From Podarcis tiliguerta (lineage: Eukaryota), in assembly GCA_965153285.1 (NCBI GenBank), contig OZ229112.1: DNA of 64,000 bases. One strand, 5' to 3'. Below are positions 62,741-64,000 of this stretch, piece after piece. How positions within the stretch are numbered: the first letter of the stretch is position 1; each line of letters opens with the position of its first letter. A program made the translations under genes and the position numbers. The notes beneath the pieces are model-generated. The model searched no databases, was not told the origin of the DNA, and saw nothing but the letters and a program-made list of their open reading frames with translations.

Positions 62741-62882
62741 CATGGGCGTAGCCAGGATTTTTGTTAGGAGGGGCAAGACCTGGGGTGGGGGGGGCAGAAC
62801 CGATGTGATTGATCAGTTAAGTATTTCTATTGTTTTACTTGATCTAGGGGGGCAGCTGCCCCCCCCCCCGGCTACACCCATG
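62741..62882. mobile_element. hAT MITE
   Basis: TIR CATGGGCGTAGCC / GGCTACACCCATG; TSD CTGCCCCT/GTGCCCCT. Confidence 0.9.
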
Positions 62883-63714
62883 GTGCCCCTGCAAAACAGA
62901 AGCCCATCTTGTAATATTGTTCTCTGGGATTCCCAGATACAGTGGATGTGCAAATCTTGTCCTTTCTGCCAATAGGTTGCTGTAAAAATCTTGTCTGGGT
63001 GGAAATTCAAATACTGATAGCTTAACAGCACAAGAACCAGGATTGCCATTACTATGCTTGCTGTATTACTGGGTGGGATAAACTGTACAGGGTCAGGGGA
63101 GGAAGAGCGCTTGCATGAATCTCTCTGACCACTTGCATGAATGTAGGAAGAGAAGGAATACAGCAAATGGGTCAAAGGGATATGGTACTCCAAATGATTC
63201 TCCATAAAACCTCTGTGCCTACTACTCCATGCAGTAATGTTCTTGGACAGTCCTTTAAAATAACAACCCTCCTCCAAAAAATACAGCCCTCTAACAATGG
63301 CACCACACTGCATTTTAAAAGAGAAAGGTGTTTTTCTCCCTAAGTATGTTGTAGATCATGGAATATATAGCAACAACAGAGTATTGGAGAGGATGCGTCC
63401 TGAATATTAATCCAAGTGTTTGAATTTTAAAGATTTATGTCAAGAGACAAAAACAGTGTCTCTAAATTACCTCAGCATTAGGGATAGAGGGGCCATATGT
63501 GTTTGTGCAGATTTCTTTGCAGAAGAGGGTTTTAACATATTGGTTCAATGTGCAGGTGTGGTGGGTCACTTATATTTGTCTCCAGTTGGATTTAGCTCAT
63601 GCACTGTAAATAATTCAGCTTGACAAGATTTTCCTTTCAGTTTGCCTTATTACTAACCTCTTTTCTTCTCCCCCCCCCCCTTCTTCTTCTTCTTTTTTTT
63701 TTTACAACAGCCCC

Positions 63715-63890
63715 CTCGCTTACATCACCGCGTAGTAGGATTTAAATAGCTATACATGCCATGTTTCTCCTGGAAACAAAACACATGATTGGCCAGTCCG
63801 GCAGCCAGCCTCTGCCTACCAACAGGGATAAGCCCGACCTCGCCAGCCAATAGCGGCAGGGCTCGTGCTGCGGCGAGAAGCCAATGAAAC
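63715..63890 (-). promoter_or_regulatory. Putative orphan promoter/enhancer (three CCAAT boxes, TATA-like element, local CpGs)
   Basis: ATTGG 63788-63792, AGCCAAT ending 63851 and 63885, TATTTAAA on - at 63748-63741. Confidence 0.5.
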
Positions 63891-64000
63891 GTCTGTCACT
63901 AAGGGAGGGAAATACATAGAGGCATGAAAGGTCTGTCATGTGTGTTATAATATTCTCATGCCATGTCAGTGATTTTATTTTCGCTCTGATCTTAATGTAC

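Noticed and set aside
62813-63313. 166-aa - strand ORF
   Set aside because: Ends inside a hAT MITE, no recognisable homology or splice support
1-64000. CRISPR arrays, operons or other prokaryote-type systems
   Set aside because: Vertebrate intron-exon DNA; no regularly spaced repeat-spacer array seen

Overview
Vertebrate genomic DNA from a squamate reptile. A Sauria SINE, CORE-SINEs, young L2/CR1 LINEs and hAT/Tc-mariner MITEs are present; a lacertid lizard is my best guess. Two protein-coding genes converge tail-to-tail. (1) On + is the 3' part of SESN1 (sestrin-1): nine coding exons 3461-13877 giving 457 aa, with the first exon(s) upstream of the window. (2) On - is the complete ARMC2 coding sequence (motile cilium/sperm flagellum armadillo-repeat protein): 17 coding exons 43586->15981, 2547 nt = 848 aa + stop, all junctions GT-AG and phase-consistent, driven by a CpG-island promoter at ~49.8-50.35 kb. 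This matches the FOXO3-ARMC2-SESN1 synteny I recall for human 6q21. The stretch 50.4-64 kb is gene-free and repeat-rich. I found no new protein-coding system. Best leads: an ARMC2 exon whose first bases rebuild the upstream 5' splice site (recursive-splice-type exon, frameshifting if used); an orphan triple-CCAAT/TATA promoter with a splice donor at ~63.5-63.9 kb pointing towards ARMC2; an RFX + p53/p73-family + E2F motif set in the ARMC2 promoter; a back-to-back poly(A) cassette between the genes; and covarying 3' hairpins across four L2-dependent elements. Comparisons with human proteins are from memory and need confirming by alignment. Repeat boundaries are approximate unless a TSD is quoted.
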